A DNA stretch of 64,000 bases, from contig JAGYIR010000013.1 of NCBI GenBank assembly GCA_018402525.1, positions 29,390-93,389 on the forward strand. The letters run 5' to 3'. Under the pieces are notes generated by a model. The model worked only from the letters and a program-made list of their open reading frames with translations. It had not been told where the DNA came from and did not search any database. Of this stretch, positions 55,357 through 64,000 are shown one piece after another; the first letter of the stretch is position 1, and every line of letters begins with the position of its first letter. A program made the translations under genes and the position numbers. Source of the stretch: Crocinitomicaceae bacterium. GTDB lineage: Bacteria; Bacteroidota; Bacteroidia; Flavobacteriales_D; Crocinitomicaceae.

Positions 55357-55890
55357 TTACTTCCCGTAAAACGGTGAAATCATCAAATAAACGATCACGC
55401 CTGTCGTAGCGACATAAAACCAAATTGGCCAAGCGAAACGGGTCCATTTTTTGTGACGTTCAAAATTCCCTTGCCAGGCAAAAAGATAGGTGAACAAGAC
55501 AATTGGAATAACCGCAACACTCAATAGAATGTGTGAAATCAGAATCGCGTAGTACAACGTTTTATAATCGCCGAGGTACTCGGTTGGGTCAGAAGTCATG
55601 TGATACGCCACATAAAGGGCCAAGAACAATAATGAAAGCAATAACGAAAAGCGAATCAATGCTCTATGAAGTGACTGATTCCTTTTCTTAATTGCGATCA
55701 ACGCAAGCACCAAAGTTACAGCTGTTATTCCATTGATGGTGGCGTAAACTGCTGGAAGAAATGATAAATCAACTCCTTCAATTTTAACACCGAACAACAC
55801 AGCTACGACTACAGGGACTACAATGGATAAACCGTAAATCCCAATTTTTGCCTGTTTTAATTTATTTGGATCCTGTAAAGTTGTACTCAT
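55357..55890 (-). CDS. DUF420 family membrane protein (CtaM-like oxidase assembly factor)
   Basis: 177 aa, about 5 TM helices, last gene of the oxidase-assembly cluster. Confidence 0.6.
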   Translation of the reverse strand: MSTTLQDPNKLKQAKIGIYGLSIVVPVVVAVLFGVKIEGVDLSFLPAVYATINGITAVTLVLALIAIKKRNQSLHRALIRFSLLLSLLFLALYVAYHMTSDPTEYLGDYKTLYYAILISHILLSVAVIPIVLFTYLFAWQGNFERHKKWTRFAWPIWFYVATTGVIVYLMISPFYGK

Positions 55891-56533
55891 GTTCTAATAA
55901 TTTACGTAAATCGTTTTGCAGCGAATCTACCTGGTCAACATCTGTTCCTCTGTATATTCCACGCACATGTCCTTTTGTATCAACCAATGCAAAATAGTCC
56001 GTGTGACCAAAACCACCATCGGCATCCTCATCGCGTTCTGCACCATTAAAAAACTCTTTCGCTAACAGATGTGTTTCCTCTTCATCACCCGTCATAAAAT
56101 ACCAATTGGAAGTCTTAATTTCATACATCCCCATGTACTCTCTCAATCGACTTGGTGTATCCCTTCTTGGGTCTATGGAAAAGCTCAAGTACTGCACCTT
56201 TTCTGATAAATCTAGCGTTGCATCGTGCAAACGTTTCATCTGAGAAGTCATTGGAGGACAGATCGTAGGACAGTGTGTAAAAAAGAAATCCACCACCCAA
56301 ACTTTATCCTTCAAATCGGTTGATTCAATTCGCAGCGAGTCCTGATTGATGTAAGAAAACTCTGGAACAACGTGGTAAATTGTATCAGCAACTTCTTTCC
56401 CATCAACCATTTTGTAGTCAACATCACGTTCTCCCAAAATAGGTAATATTAATCCTTCCCTCTTCGTCTCGGTACATGCAACTGTACTCAAAACAAGAAT
56501 TGCTAGAAAAAAACTATTTCTTCTTCTCTTCAT
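55862..56533 (-). CDS. SCO1/SenC family copper chaperone
   Basis: FFFTHCPTICP CxxxC motif and a thioredoxin fold with a downstream His. Confidence 0.88.
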   Translation of the reverse strand: MKRRRNSFFLAILVLSTVACTETKREGLILPILGERDVDYKMVDGKEVADTIYHVVPEFSYINQDSLRIESTDLKDKVWVVDFFFTHCPTICPPMTSQMKRLHDATLDLSEKVQYLSFSIDPRRDTPSRLREYMGMYEIKTSNWYFMTGDEEETHLLAKEFFNGAERDEDADGGFGHTDYFALVDTKGHVRGIYRGTDVDQVDSLQNDLRKLLEHEYNFTGSK

Positions 56534-57197
56534 CTGCTTGTTCCTTATCGTACTGTTTTCTCAACAACGCCATGTGCTCTTTCATTCTACGGATCATCCC
56601 TTCAGAATTACCTTTAAGTACCATGCGTAAATGGTTCTTGGTATCTACTAACAATTGTAGTTCTTGGTAGGCTTCTCCACCAAAATATTCTTCACCTGTT
56701 TGGTTTAATGATTCCCCATTATTGCGCATATCAAAAATCGAGCGTGCATCGCCTGACGCCAAGTACCAAATTTCGGGATCATAGCCTTCCACGTTGTCGT
56801 ACAGCATGTCATTCACAGAAGACAAATCGCTCAATGGCTGTCCCTCTCCATCAGTTACGAAAGAAATGATGCGCACAGAACCTAGTTTTTTCTTGTTCTT
56901 GCGCACATGTTGGTAGATCAGTTGATCTAGGTGCCAAAAAGAAATCGCACAGCTGTCGGGACATGTTGGTTGAAGGGTATTTATAATTACGACTTTATCG
57001 CTAAAATCTTCTGCTGTGCGTTTTATTCCGCCAGCATCAACAAACGAATAATCGACCACCTGTCCATAATCGTCTAGTTCCAAGAACTTATGGTTACAGC
57101 CTCGGGTAGCAATGAACAACAAAATAAAAGCCGGACCAAACAAAATAAACAACGCGAGCCATTTTCTTGTTCGTCCGGCAGTACTTTTTACAGCCAT
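56514..57197 (-). CDS. SCO-like thioredoxin-fold membrane-anchored protein
   Basis: N-terminal TM helix, a CPDSC (CxxxC) motif and similar length; a paralog-like neighbour of the SCO gene. Confidence 0.5.
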   Translation of the reverse strand: MAVKSTAGRTRKWLALFILFGPAFILLFIATRGCNHKFLELDDYGQVVDYSFVDAGGIKRTAEDFSDKVVIINTLQPTCPDSCAISFWHLDQLIYQHVRKNKKKLGSVRIISFVTDGEGQPLSDLSSVNDMLYDNVEGYDPEIWYLASGDARSIFDMRNNGESLNQTGEEYFGGEAYQELQLLVDTKNHLRMVLKGNSEGMIRRMKEHMALLRKQYDKEQADEEKKK

Positions 57198-57206
57198 AAT
57201 AGCGTC

Positions 57207-57575
57207 TTAACTACCGTAAATTCTCAATGTTTCTCCAACCGCAGTTCCTTCAACTAGGAGAATAAAAATCAAGTAGATAATGAATATAAAGTAGGGTACT
57301 AAAATCGAGTACTTCAATGCTTTTCTTTCATCTCCAAGGTGCATAAACACAAGAACGATGTAACCAGCTTTAAAAAGTGTCATAATGATAAAGGACCACT
57401 TTACAACTGGCCAAGCAGCTGAATCTTGTTTAATTAGGGCTCCAAGAACAACTTCAACAATTGTGATTACAGTAAGTAATACTGTAACAAAAATAATTTT
57501 CTTACGAATTTTAACCCCTGCTTCTTCGCTATGATGTGCATCCAAAGAATATTCTATAATATCGTCTCTTTCCAT
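57207..57575 (-). CDS. Cytochrome c oxidase subunit IV-like small membrane protein
   Basis: 122 aa, 3 TM helices, position downstream of the two subunit III genes. Confidence 0.55.
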   Translation of the reverse strand: MERDDIIEYSLDAHHSEEAGVKIRKKIIFVTVLLTVITIVEVVLGALIKQDSAAWPVVKWSFIIMTLFKAGYIVLVFMHLGDERKALKYSILVPYFIFIIYLIFILLVEGTAVGETLRIYGS

Positions 57576-57599
57576 AATAGATGTGTTTGAACCTTTTAA

Positions 57600-58625
57600 T
57601 TAAACCAAGTAGAAGAATGTAAATACGAATACCCAAACCAAATCGACAAAGTGCCAGTAAAGTCCAGTTTTCTCTACCATTTCATAGTGTCCTCGTTTGT
57701 GGTAAACACCACGAAGCACACCAAATAAAATAATAATGTTGATGATTACCCCTGAAAATACGTGGAATCCGTGGAATCCAGTAATGAAGAAGAAAAACTG
57801 TCCGTATTGTTGTGGACCGTATTCGTTTTGTTGAAGGTTCGCACCGTAAACAACGCGTCCTGCTTCACCTGAGTTTACAATTCCCTCATACATTGCAATG
57901 GCTTCATCACCTTCGATAACAGAACCAATAGCGTATTTCCCACCTTTTTCTTTTACAACCAACTGCAAATCTTCATTCGCTTTCTTCGCAATTTTTGCTT
58001 TTGATCCGTCGTGTAAATGAATGAATCCATTTTCAACGTGACCAAGCGCCACTGCATGCTGGTACTCGTGCATTAAGTCCTCTGTAATAACATCCCCTTT
58101 CTTATGGTGACTTCCTGCTTCTTCCACTCTAAAGTTTTCGATTTCACCAAAAGTACCTTTCACAATTGCAAGTGAACCGTCAGCTAATTCAACTTTTCCA
58201 AATTTAGAACCGTGAATAAAGTGAGACCATTCCCAAGCTTGTGATCCAACGAAGAAAAAACCACCAATAATGGTAGCAATCATCCACTTGATAACACCTT
58301 TTTTATCCATTCGATGTCCAGCTTCAACGGCTAACACCATTGTTACCGACGAAACGATCAAAATAAACGTCATTAACGCCACGTACAAAAGTGGGTATCC
58401 GCTTCCCAAGAAAGGCATCGAATTAAACGTTTCCTCACCGATAGGCCAAGAACCTAAATAATCGTGTCTAGTAAATCCATAAGATACTAGTAATCCCCCA
58501 AAAGTCAATGCATCAGAGACAAGGAAGAACCACATCATTAACTTTCCGTAGCTCGTGCTAAACGGGGAAATTTTCCCTCCCCAAAGTGTTTTAGCATCAA
58601 TTTCTTTAGTAGCGTGTCCAGCCAT
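57600..58625 (-). CDS. Cytochrome c oxidase subunit III
   Basis: C-terminal GFHGFHVFSGVI...YWHFVDLVWVFVF signature. Contains a long soluble insertion. Confidence 0.85.
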   Translation of the reverse strand: MAGHATKEIDAKTLWGGKISPFSTSYGKLMMWFFLVSDALTFGGLLVSYGFTRHDYLGSWPIGEETFNSMPFLGSGYPLLYVALMTFILIVSSVTMVLAVEAGHRMDKKGVIKWMIATIIGGFFFVGSQAWEWSHFIHGSKFGKVELADGSLAIVKGTFGEIENFRVEEAGSHHKKGDVITEDLMHEYQHAVALGHVENGFIHLHDGSKAKIAKKANEDLQLVVKEKGGKYAIGSVIEGDEAIAMYEGIVNSGEAGRVVYGANLQQNEYGPQQYGQFFFFITGFHGFHVFSGVIINIIILFGVLRGVYHKRGHYEMVEKTGLYWHFVDLVWVFVFTFFYLV

Positions 58626-58649
58626 TTGTAAAAAATTTTATTTGCAAGT

Positions 58650-59708
58650 TTAATGAATAAAAAGTAAAAATAGTAATAAATAGATCCACAAAACACCCAA
58701 AAAGTGCCAGAAAATTGATCCGACGCGAATGCTGATGTTGTTTTCTTGAGTAATACCTCCTGTAAATGAACGAATTACAAGTTTTACGACAAAAATCAAT
58801 GTGACTAAAATATGTAGTAAATGGACAAAAGTTATGATATATAAGTACGATGATGCTGTGTCGGCTGATGACATCGATTTTACCTGTAAATAACTGTCTA
58901 ATTTTTTACCGTCGAGTTGCAACTGGCGATCTTTGTACGTCAACTCCTTCCCTTTGTAATAAATGTGGAAGTCCTTTCCAAGTGTTCCCTTCGCGAAGAA
59001 ATCGCCACGTAAATCTTTTACGTTAACTGCCAAATCTCTCAATCGTGCATTGTCCAAAAACTTTAATTCTTCTCCTTCTTCGGTTTGCAAAACACCATTC
59101 TTTACAATCAACGGTGTGTTTTGAAAGTACAAAATGAAATCCTTTCCGTATTGGTTGACTTTAAATGGTTTCTTCTCATCCAACACCAAGAACTGTGACA
59201 TAAATTTTTGATACGCCGCCAATTCATCCGCATTCATTTTTTTTCCCTTCAGTAAAAAGTCATTTCCGTTGATTTCGATAAAATCACCTTTGTATTTAAC
59301 TTCAAAATAATCGCCGTACTTTCCATCGGTTACAATGATATGGTTGGAAGAGGCGTGAATTCCACTGTCCACCAATTCACCGTATCCTTTAAACTGAAAA
59401 TAGATAAAGCTAATTCCAAGGACGAGTACCAACGAAATCGAAGTCTTTAGCGCACCTGTATTTCCCTTTTTCGCAAACGAAACTGCCAATTGAAAGACAA
59501 TACTGCTGGCAATAATAATCCCTGTACTGATCCAAAAAGGGGTCGGTAAACCAATTTTCAACCAGAAAGAATCACCCATCGAAACGATGTAGCCCGAAGT
59601 CAACCCTGCAAATAACATAGCAACACTGAGCATTCCAACGTATGCTAAATTCTTTTTCGCTTTTTCGATCTGTTCTTTATTGTCGTCTGACGGAAGAATG
59701 TCGTTCAT
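58650..59708 (-). CDS. Cytochrome c oxidase subunit III family protein with a large extramembrane insertion
   Basis: FVHLLHILVTLIF...FWHFLGVLWIYLLLF signature. A segment of about 170 aa is hydrophilic and lies between TM helices. Confidence 0.75.
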   Translation of the reverse strand: MNDILPSDDNKEQIEKAKKNLAYVGMLSVAMLFAGLTSGYIVSMGDSFWLKIGLPTPFWISTGIIIASSIVFQLAVSFAKKGNTGALKTSISLVLVLGISFIYFQFKGYGELVDSGIHASSNHIIVTDGKYGDYFEVKYKGDFIEINGNDFLLKGKKMNADELAAYQKFMSQFLVLDEKKPFKVNQYGKDFILYFQNTPLIVKNGVLQTEEGEELKFLDNARLRDLAVNVKDLRGDFFAKGTLGKDFHIYYKGKELTYKDRQLQLDGKKLDSYLQVKSMSSADTASSYLYIITFVHLLHILVTLIFVVKLVIRSFTGGITQENNISIRVGSIFWHFLGVLWIYLLLFLLFIH

Positions 59709-59710
59709 AA

Positions 59711-60616
59711 TTACAAGTTAATTAATTTATAAATCATTTCATCTACGCTATCAAACACGTACACGAATTGAATAATAGGAAGGTAAATAAATGAGGCAAA
59801 CATTAATTTTCGTGCGTCTTTGTCATCACACGTTAAAAACAGGCGAAACGCGTAATAAAAAAACCAGACTCCCATGATCAGGGCTATGAAAAAGGAATAG
59901 ATTCCTGTCATCCCCATCATCCATGGCAATAAACTGAATGGAATTAATGCGAGCGAATAAACTACGATTTGAAATGCTGAATTTTTTGATTTACCATGTT
60001 TGGAAGGAAGTAAAGAAAATCCACCTGCTTTGTAATCATCGTGGGAAACCCAAGCGATTGCCCAAAAGTGCGGAAACTGCCATGTAAACTGGACAAAGAA
60101 GAGTACACCGGGTACCAATCCGAAATCACCTGTGTAAGCAATTGCTCCTAACATGGGTGGAATTGCACCTGGAATTGCTCCGACAAACACAGCCCATGGC
60201 GATTTTCGTTTCATCGGTGTGTACATAAATACGTACGAGATAAAAGCAAAAAGACCAAGAAGTGCGGAGTGAATATTGAGCAAGTAAAGTAAATAAGTCC
60301 CAACGATTAGGCAAACGATAACAATGGTATATGCTTCTGTGAGCGACATTTTTCCTGTTGGAAGCGGACGATTTAATGTGCGCTTCATCAAAATATCGTA
60401 TTCTCTTTCCCAAATTTGGTTGGAACCGTTGGATGCTGCTGTGACCAATAAACCACCTACGAGGAGGTATGTTAACTCCAATCCATCTCTTCCGCCAACA
60501 AATAAATAACCTGATAATGCCGAGACGATCACCAACGCTGATAACCTGAATTTCGTGAAAACCATGTAGCTTTTTACTTTGCCTCCCACGGTTAATCTAT
60601 TTTCGGCGCTTCCCAT
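59711..60616 (-). CDS. cyoE: Protoheme IX farnesyltransferase (heme O synthase)
   Basis: UbiA-type motif NQIWEREYDILMKRTLNRPLP; 9 TM helices. Confidence 0.92.
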   Translation of the reverse strand: MGSAENRLTVGGKVKSYMVFTKFRLSALVIVSALSGYLFVGGRDGLELTYLLVGGLLVTAASNGSNQIWEREYDILMKRTLNRPLPTGKMSLTEAYTIVIVCLIVGTYLLYLLNIHSALLGLFAFISYVFMYTPMKRKSPWAVFVGAIPGAIPPMLGAIAYTGDFGLVPGVLFFVQFTWQFPHFWAIAWVSHDDYKAGGFSLLPSKHGKSKNSAFQIVVYSLALIPFSLLPWMMGMTGIYSFFIALIMGVWFFYYAFRLFLTCDDKDARKLMFASFIYLPIIQFVYVFDSVDEMIYKLINL

Positions 60617-60717
60617 AATGAAATTTTGCTGTACAAAAATAATGATTATTTGATGGTACAGGCTAGTAATTGCAAGTATTAAAATAAAGTTTCTTTAACT
60701 TTTTTTCATCAAATTTG

Positions 60718-60754
60718 GTTTTTGTCGACAAAAACAGTTTCTTTGTCGACGAAA
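60718..60754. promoter_or_regulatory. Two GTCGAC-centred palindromes upstream of cyoE
   Basis: A perfect 18-bp palindrome, GTTTTTGTCGACAAAAAC (60718-60735), and a near-palindrome, TTTGTCGACGAAA, 23 bp away centre to centre. About 100-140 bp upstream of the cyoE ATG. Confidence 0.35.
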
Positions 60755-60837
60755 ACTGCCGTTTGGTATTGGGGAACAAACGGATTTTATCCAAACTACA
60801 CACTACTTATCAACCCTAAACCATATTTAACCTACAA

Positions 60838-60874
60838 CAAAAAAAGGATGTTGAGCCGACTCAACATCCTTTTT
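60838..60874. terminator. Bidirectional rho-independent terminator downstream of queA
   Basis: A7-GGATGTTGAG-CCGA-CTCAACATCC-T6. Confidence 0.8.
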
Positions 60875-60893
60875 TAATATGTTTATTCTTGAA

Positions 60894-61943
60894 CTATAGT
60901 ATTAACATGGCATCACCATAAGAGTAGAATTTGTATTTCTCTTTCACTGCTTCTTGGTATGCTTCGATCATTAAATCATGTCCGCAGAACGCAGAAATCA
61001 TCATAAGCAAGGTCGATAGCGGTGTGTGGAAGTTTGTAATCAACCCGTCTGCAATACTAAAATCGTAAGGAGGGAAAATAAATTTATTGGTCCAACCGTC
61101 AAATGGTTTTAGCATTCCATCCGTAGAGACTGAAGTTTCAATTGCACGCATGGATGTTGTTCCAACAGCAATGACACGTTTTTTGTTCTGCTTCGCTTCG
61201 TTGACCAAGTTCACGCACTTTTCAGGAATAATGACTTGCTCAGAATCCATTTTGTGCTTGGTTAAATCTTCTACTTCCACTGGACGAAATGTTCCCAATC
61301 CAATGTGCAAGGTAATTTCTGCAAAATCAACCCCTTTTAATTCAAGGCGTTTTAGCAACTGGCGCGAAAAGTGCAATCCAGCAGTTGGTGCAGCTACAGC
61401 TCCTTCTTCTTTCGCATAAATCGTTTGGTAACGGTCTTCATCCGTTGATTCAACTTTACGCTTGATGTATTTTGGAAGAGGTGTCTCTCCTAATTCTGTA
61501 ATCGTTTTCTTAAATTCTTCGTAGGGTCCATCAAACAAGAAACGCAATGTTCTACCGCGCGATGTCGTGTTATCAATTACCTCAGCAACCAACGAATCAT
61601 CTTCACCAAAATAAAGTTTGTTTCCAATTCTTATTTTTCGTGCCGGATCTACTAAAACATCCCACAATAAACTCTCTCTGTTCAATTCTCTCAAAAGAAA
61701 AACTTCGATTTTCGCTCCCGTTTTTTCTTTATTCCCGTACATACGTGCTGGGAATACTTTTGTGTTGTTCATGACCATTACATCTCCTTCGTCGACATAA
61801 TCAATCACATCCTTAAACATTTTATGCTCAATTTTTCCAGAATCACGGTGGATAACCATTAAACGTGACTCATCACGATTTTCACTTGGGTATTCTGCAA
61901 TCAGTTCTTCCGGGAGGTCGAAACTAAATTGCGATAACTTCAT
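60894..61943 (-). CDS. queA: S-adenosylmethionine:tRNA ribosyltransferase-isomerase
   Basis: [19 protein letters not shown] start (ATG 61943; an alternative ATG lies 3 codons upstream at 61952). QueA-typical throughout. Confidence 0.93.
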   Translation of the reverse strand: MKLSQFSFDLPEELIAEYPSENRDESRLMVIHRDSGKIEHKMFKDVIDYVDEGDVMVMNNTKVFPARMYGNKEKTGAKIEVFLLRELNRESLLWDVLVDPARKIRIGNKLYFGEDDSLVAEVIDNTTSRGRTLRFLFDGPYEEFKKTITELGETPLPKYIKRKVESTDEDRYQTIYAKEEGAVAAPTAGLHFSRQLLKRLELKGVDFAEITLHIGLGTFRPVEVEDLTKHKMDSEQVIIPEKCVNLVNEAKQNKKRVIAVGTTSMRAIETSVSTDGMLKPFDGWTNKFIFPPYDFSIADGLITNFHTPLSTLLMMISAFCGHDLMIEAYQEAVKEKYKFYSYGDAMLIL

Positions 61944-62015
61944 TTTGTTCATAATAACGATACCGTTTTTAATCTTCTCAATTTTGAGGGATGCAAAGAT
62001 ACAATAATTAACATT

Positions 62016-62711
62016 TTACAAGGATGAATTGCGAATAAATTCTATCCACTCATCCACCGACTTACTATTCTCAATAGTTTGATCTCCAGATTTAGTACGT
62101 CTCAATGCGATTAAAGTTCCGCCTGAGTTCAATTTTTTTCCAAAATCATGTGCAATTGATCGAATATATGTGCCTTTACTGCACTCAATTTCAAAGTGAA
62201 TTTCTGGTAAATTCGAAGCATCAAACGACAATTGTTCGATTACAACGGTGCTTGCTTTTAATTCAACTTCTTTTCCTGCCCGTGCTAAATCGTAAGCTCT
62301 TTGTCCATCGACTTGTTTTGCGGAAAAAATAGGTGGTACTTGTTGTTGTTCTCCTAAAAATGAAACGCGCGCTTCTTCGATCAATTCAGCTGTGATGTGT
62401 TCTGTTGGATATTCTTGATCATAACTGGTTTCTAAATCGTACGATGGTGTTGTTTTGCCCAACAAAATCGTTCCGGTATAGGTTTTCTTTCCTGCCATCA
62501 GTGCATCGATGAGCTTCGTGTTTTTCCCTACGCAGAGAACAAGAACGCCTGTCGCAAGCGGATCTAATGTCCCAGCGTGACCGACCTTGATTTTTTTAAT
62601 TCCTAACTTCTGTTTTAGGTTCCATCGGATTTTGTTCACCACATCGAAGGACGTCCAACCCAACGGTTTATCGACCACAATTGTACTTCCTTCGGAAAAC
62701 GCTTTGATCAT
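62016..62711 (-). CDS. truB: tRNA pseudouridine(55) synthase
   Basis: GHAGTLDPLATGVL catalytic motif; 231 aa. Confidence 0.93.
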   Translation of the reverse strand: MIKAFSEGSTIVVDKPLGWTSFDVVNKIRWNLKQKLGIKKIKVGHAGTLDPLATGVLVLCVGKNTKLIDALMAGKKTYTGTILLGKTTPSYDLETSYDQEYPTEHITAELIEEARVSFLGEQQQVPPIFSAKQVDGQRAYDLARAGKEVELKASTVVIEQLSFDASNLPEIHFEIECSKGTYIRSIAHDFGKKLNSGGTLIALRRTKSGDQTIENSKSVDEWIEFIRNSSL

Positions 62712-62713
62712 AA

Positions 62714-63529
62714 TTAACTAACTAGTGTCCAGCCCATGGCTACAATTCCGATGACAAAACAATAATATGAGAAATAGGACAATTTACTTTTTTTCACAAG
62801 TGAGATCATCCACGTACAGGCGATAATACCTGTCACAAATGCTGCAACGAATCCAACGGATAAAGCAAAAAAGGAAACACTCGACTCTGAGCCTCCTGCT
62901 AGTACTTCTTTAAATTCAGGACTCATCATGTCCTTGGCCATTTTTCCAAAAATCAAAGGTACGACCATCAAAAACGAAAACCGTGCAGCACGTTCGCGAT
63001 CAATTCCTAGGATTACGGAAGTCCCAATTGTTGCTCCTGAGCGCGAAATTCCAGGTAAAATAGCAATCGCCTGCGCAATACCGATGATGATGGCATTCCC
63101 AACGCTTACTTTTTTTGTCGTGTTTTTTGCTCTGTCTGCTAAGAACAATAAAAGCCCAGTTACGATGAGCATCATTCCAACGATGAGTAATTGTCCGTCA
63201 AAAAAACTTTCAATTTCTTCGTTAAATACAACACCAACAACAGCTGCGGGAACCATGGATATGACGATTTTTACGGCAAACATGAACTCTTCATTGACTT
63301 TAAACTGAAAAAGTCCACGAAAAATTTCTAGAATATCCTTTCGAAAAACGATAACGGTGCTGAGTGCTGTTGCGAAGTGAACAACAACCGTCATCAACAT
63401 GCTTGATTCACCTGATAATTCTTGACCTTGGAGCGCTTTTACGATTTCCAAATGCCCACTACTACTAACGGGCAAAAACTCTGTTAATCCTTGAATAATT
63501 CCGAGAATTAACGCTTCAAGAAAGCTCAT
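62714..63529 (-). CDS. uppP: Undecaprenyl-diphosphate phosphatase
   Basis: LTEFLPVSSSGHL and PGISRSG motifs; 8 TM helices. Confidence 0.93.
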   Translation of the reverse strand: MSFLEALILGIIQGLTEFLPVSSSGHLEIVKALQGQELSGESSMLMTVVVHFATALSTVIVFRKDILEIFRGLFQFKVNEEFMFAVKIVISMVPAAVVGVVFNEEIESFFDGQLLIVGMMLIVTGLLLFLADRAKNTTKKVSVGNAIIIGIAQAIAILPGISRSGATIGTSVILGIDRERAARFSFLMVVPLIFGKMAKDMMSPEFKEVLAGGSESSVSFFALSVGFVAAFVTGIIACTWMISLVKKSKLSYFSYYCFVIGIVAMGWTLVS

Positions 63530-63535
63530 ACGGTA

Positions 63536-63907
63536 TTATTTTGTAGTGGATTTTTGCTTTTTCATGATGGAATACATGATAATGATGTATCCTAAAACAA
63601 TCAACATTGGAGCGATCGTAATACGTCGCGTTCCAAACAATTCATCCTTATTAAAATCATTGAGGTTCTCTGCAGCTCCTCCTATCATTAAAAGAAATCC
63701 TAAGATATTTACTGCCAATCCAATAAATAGGAGCTTATAATTTTTTGCATTAAAAGCGAAAGGACCAGTCTTACTAAATTCCTTTAATCCCCCTTCTCCA
63801 CGCTTAGAAGTAGCTGCTGAAGTAGATGTTACGGTTTGTTCTACAGCGACGTCATCCAATACATCTGCTGATTTTGCCGCTTTTTGTGTTTTCTTTTTTG
63901 CGCTCAT
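63536..63907 (-). CDS. DUF3098-like small membrane protein
   Basis: 123 aa with two C-terminal TM helices, in the conserved position between ftsX and uppP in Flavobacteriia. Confidence 0.6.
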   Translation of the reverse strand: MSAKKKTQKAAKSADVLDDVAVEQTVTSTSAATSKRGEGGLKEFSKTGPFAFNAKNYKLLFIGLAVNILGFLLMIGGAAENLNDFNKDELFGTRRITIAPMLIVLGYIIIMYSIMKKQKSTTK

Positions 63908-63916
63908 GCTTCAAAT

Positions 63917-64000
63917 TTAATACAAATCATCCAATTTCATTCTCAAATATTTGTTAAGAGCGAACCAAGTCGACACCAACGTTATCACCACTCCTAGACT
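63917..64000 (-). CDS. ftsX: Cell division protein FtsX, C-terminal end (gene continues beyond the window)
   Basis: The reverse frame reads ...SLGVVITLVSTWFALNKYLRMKLDDLY-stop, an FtsX-like last TM helix and tail. Too short to appear in the ORF track. Confidence 0.55.
   Translation of the reverse strand, partial: SLGVVITLVSTWFALNKYLRMKLDDLY

Overview
AT-rich, densely coded Bacteroidota (Flavobacteriia-type) chromosomal segment, mostly core genes. All calls come from reading the ORF translations and the DNA by eye; no searches were run, and hand-counted coordinates may be off by 1-2 nt.

Gene order: PhoH2 (5-prime partial), GNAT, the T9SS translocon SprA downstream of ruvA and maeB, a type-A-CTD T9SS cargo, a sirtuin, hemD/DUF4271 and gcdH. 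Next come a roughly 1.7k-aa repeat adhesin with a type-B T9SS CTD and its PorP/SprF partner, Lrp plus a PLP lyase-family enzyme, recJ, a Pif1-like helicase and a Wzy/Wzz/Wzx trio. Then an OmpR-type two-component system, a 1145-aa outer-membrane protein, der, era, tRNA-Ser(GGA), a LuxR-type two-component system, ansA, tatD, galE and a glycosyltransferase. The window ends with a cyoE-coxIII-coxIII-coxIV-SCO-SCO-DUF420 oxidase-assembly operon, queA, truB, uppP, DUF3098 and the end of ftsX. I saw no CRISPR array, IS element, integrase, prophage or rRNA.

Most notable observations:
1. Two perfect 122-bp tandem units sit next to tRNA-Ser(GGA). Each holds an 85-nt cassette with the tRNA's own 5-prime and 3-prime acceptor ends but an unrelated interior, followed by a copy of the tRNA terminator hairpin. 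More structured repeats lie alongside.
2. A half-size protein shares collinear N-terminal motifs with SprA and is transcribed divergently from a two-component system.
3. Two genes, the adhesin and a sensor kinase, appear split by single-nucleotide frameshifts at short homopolymers.
4. Several long perfect palindromes lie in intergenic DNA around the oxidase operon.
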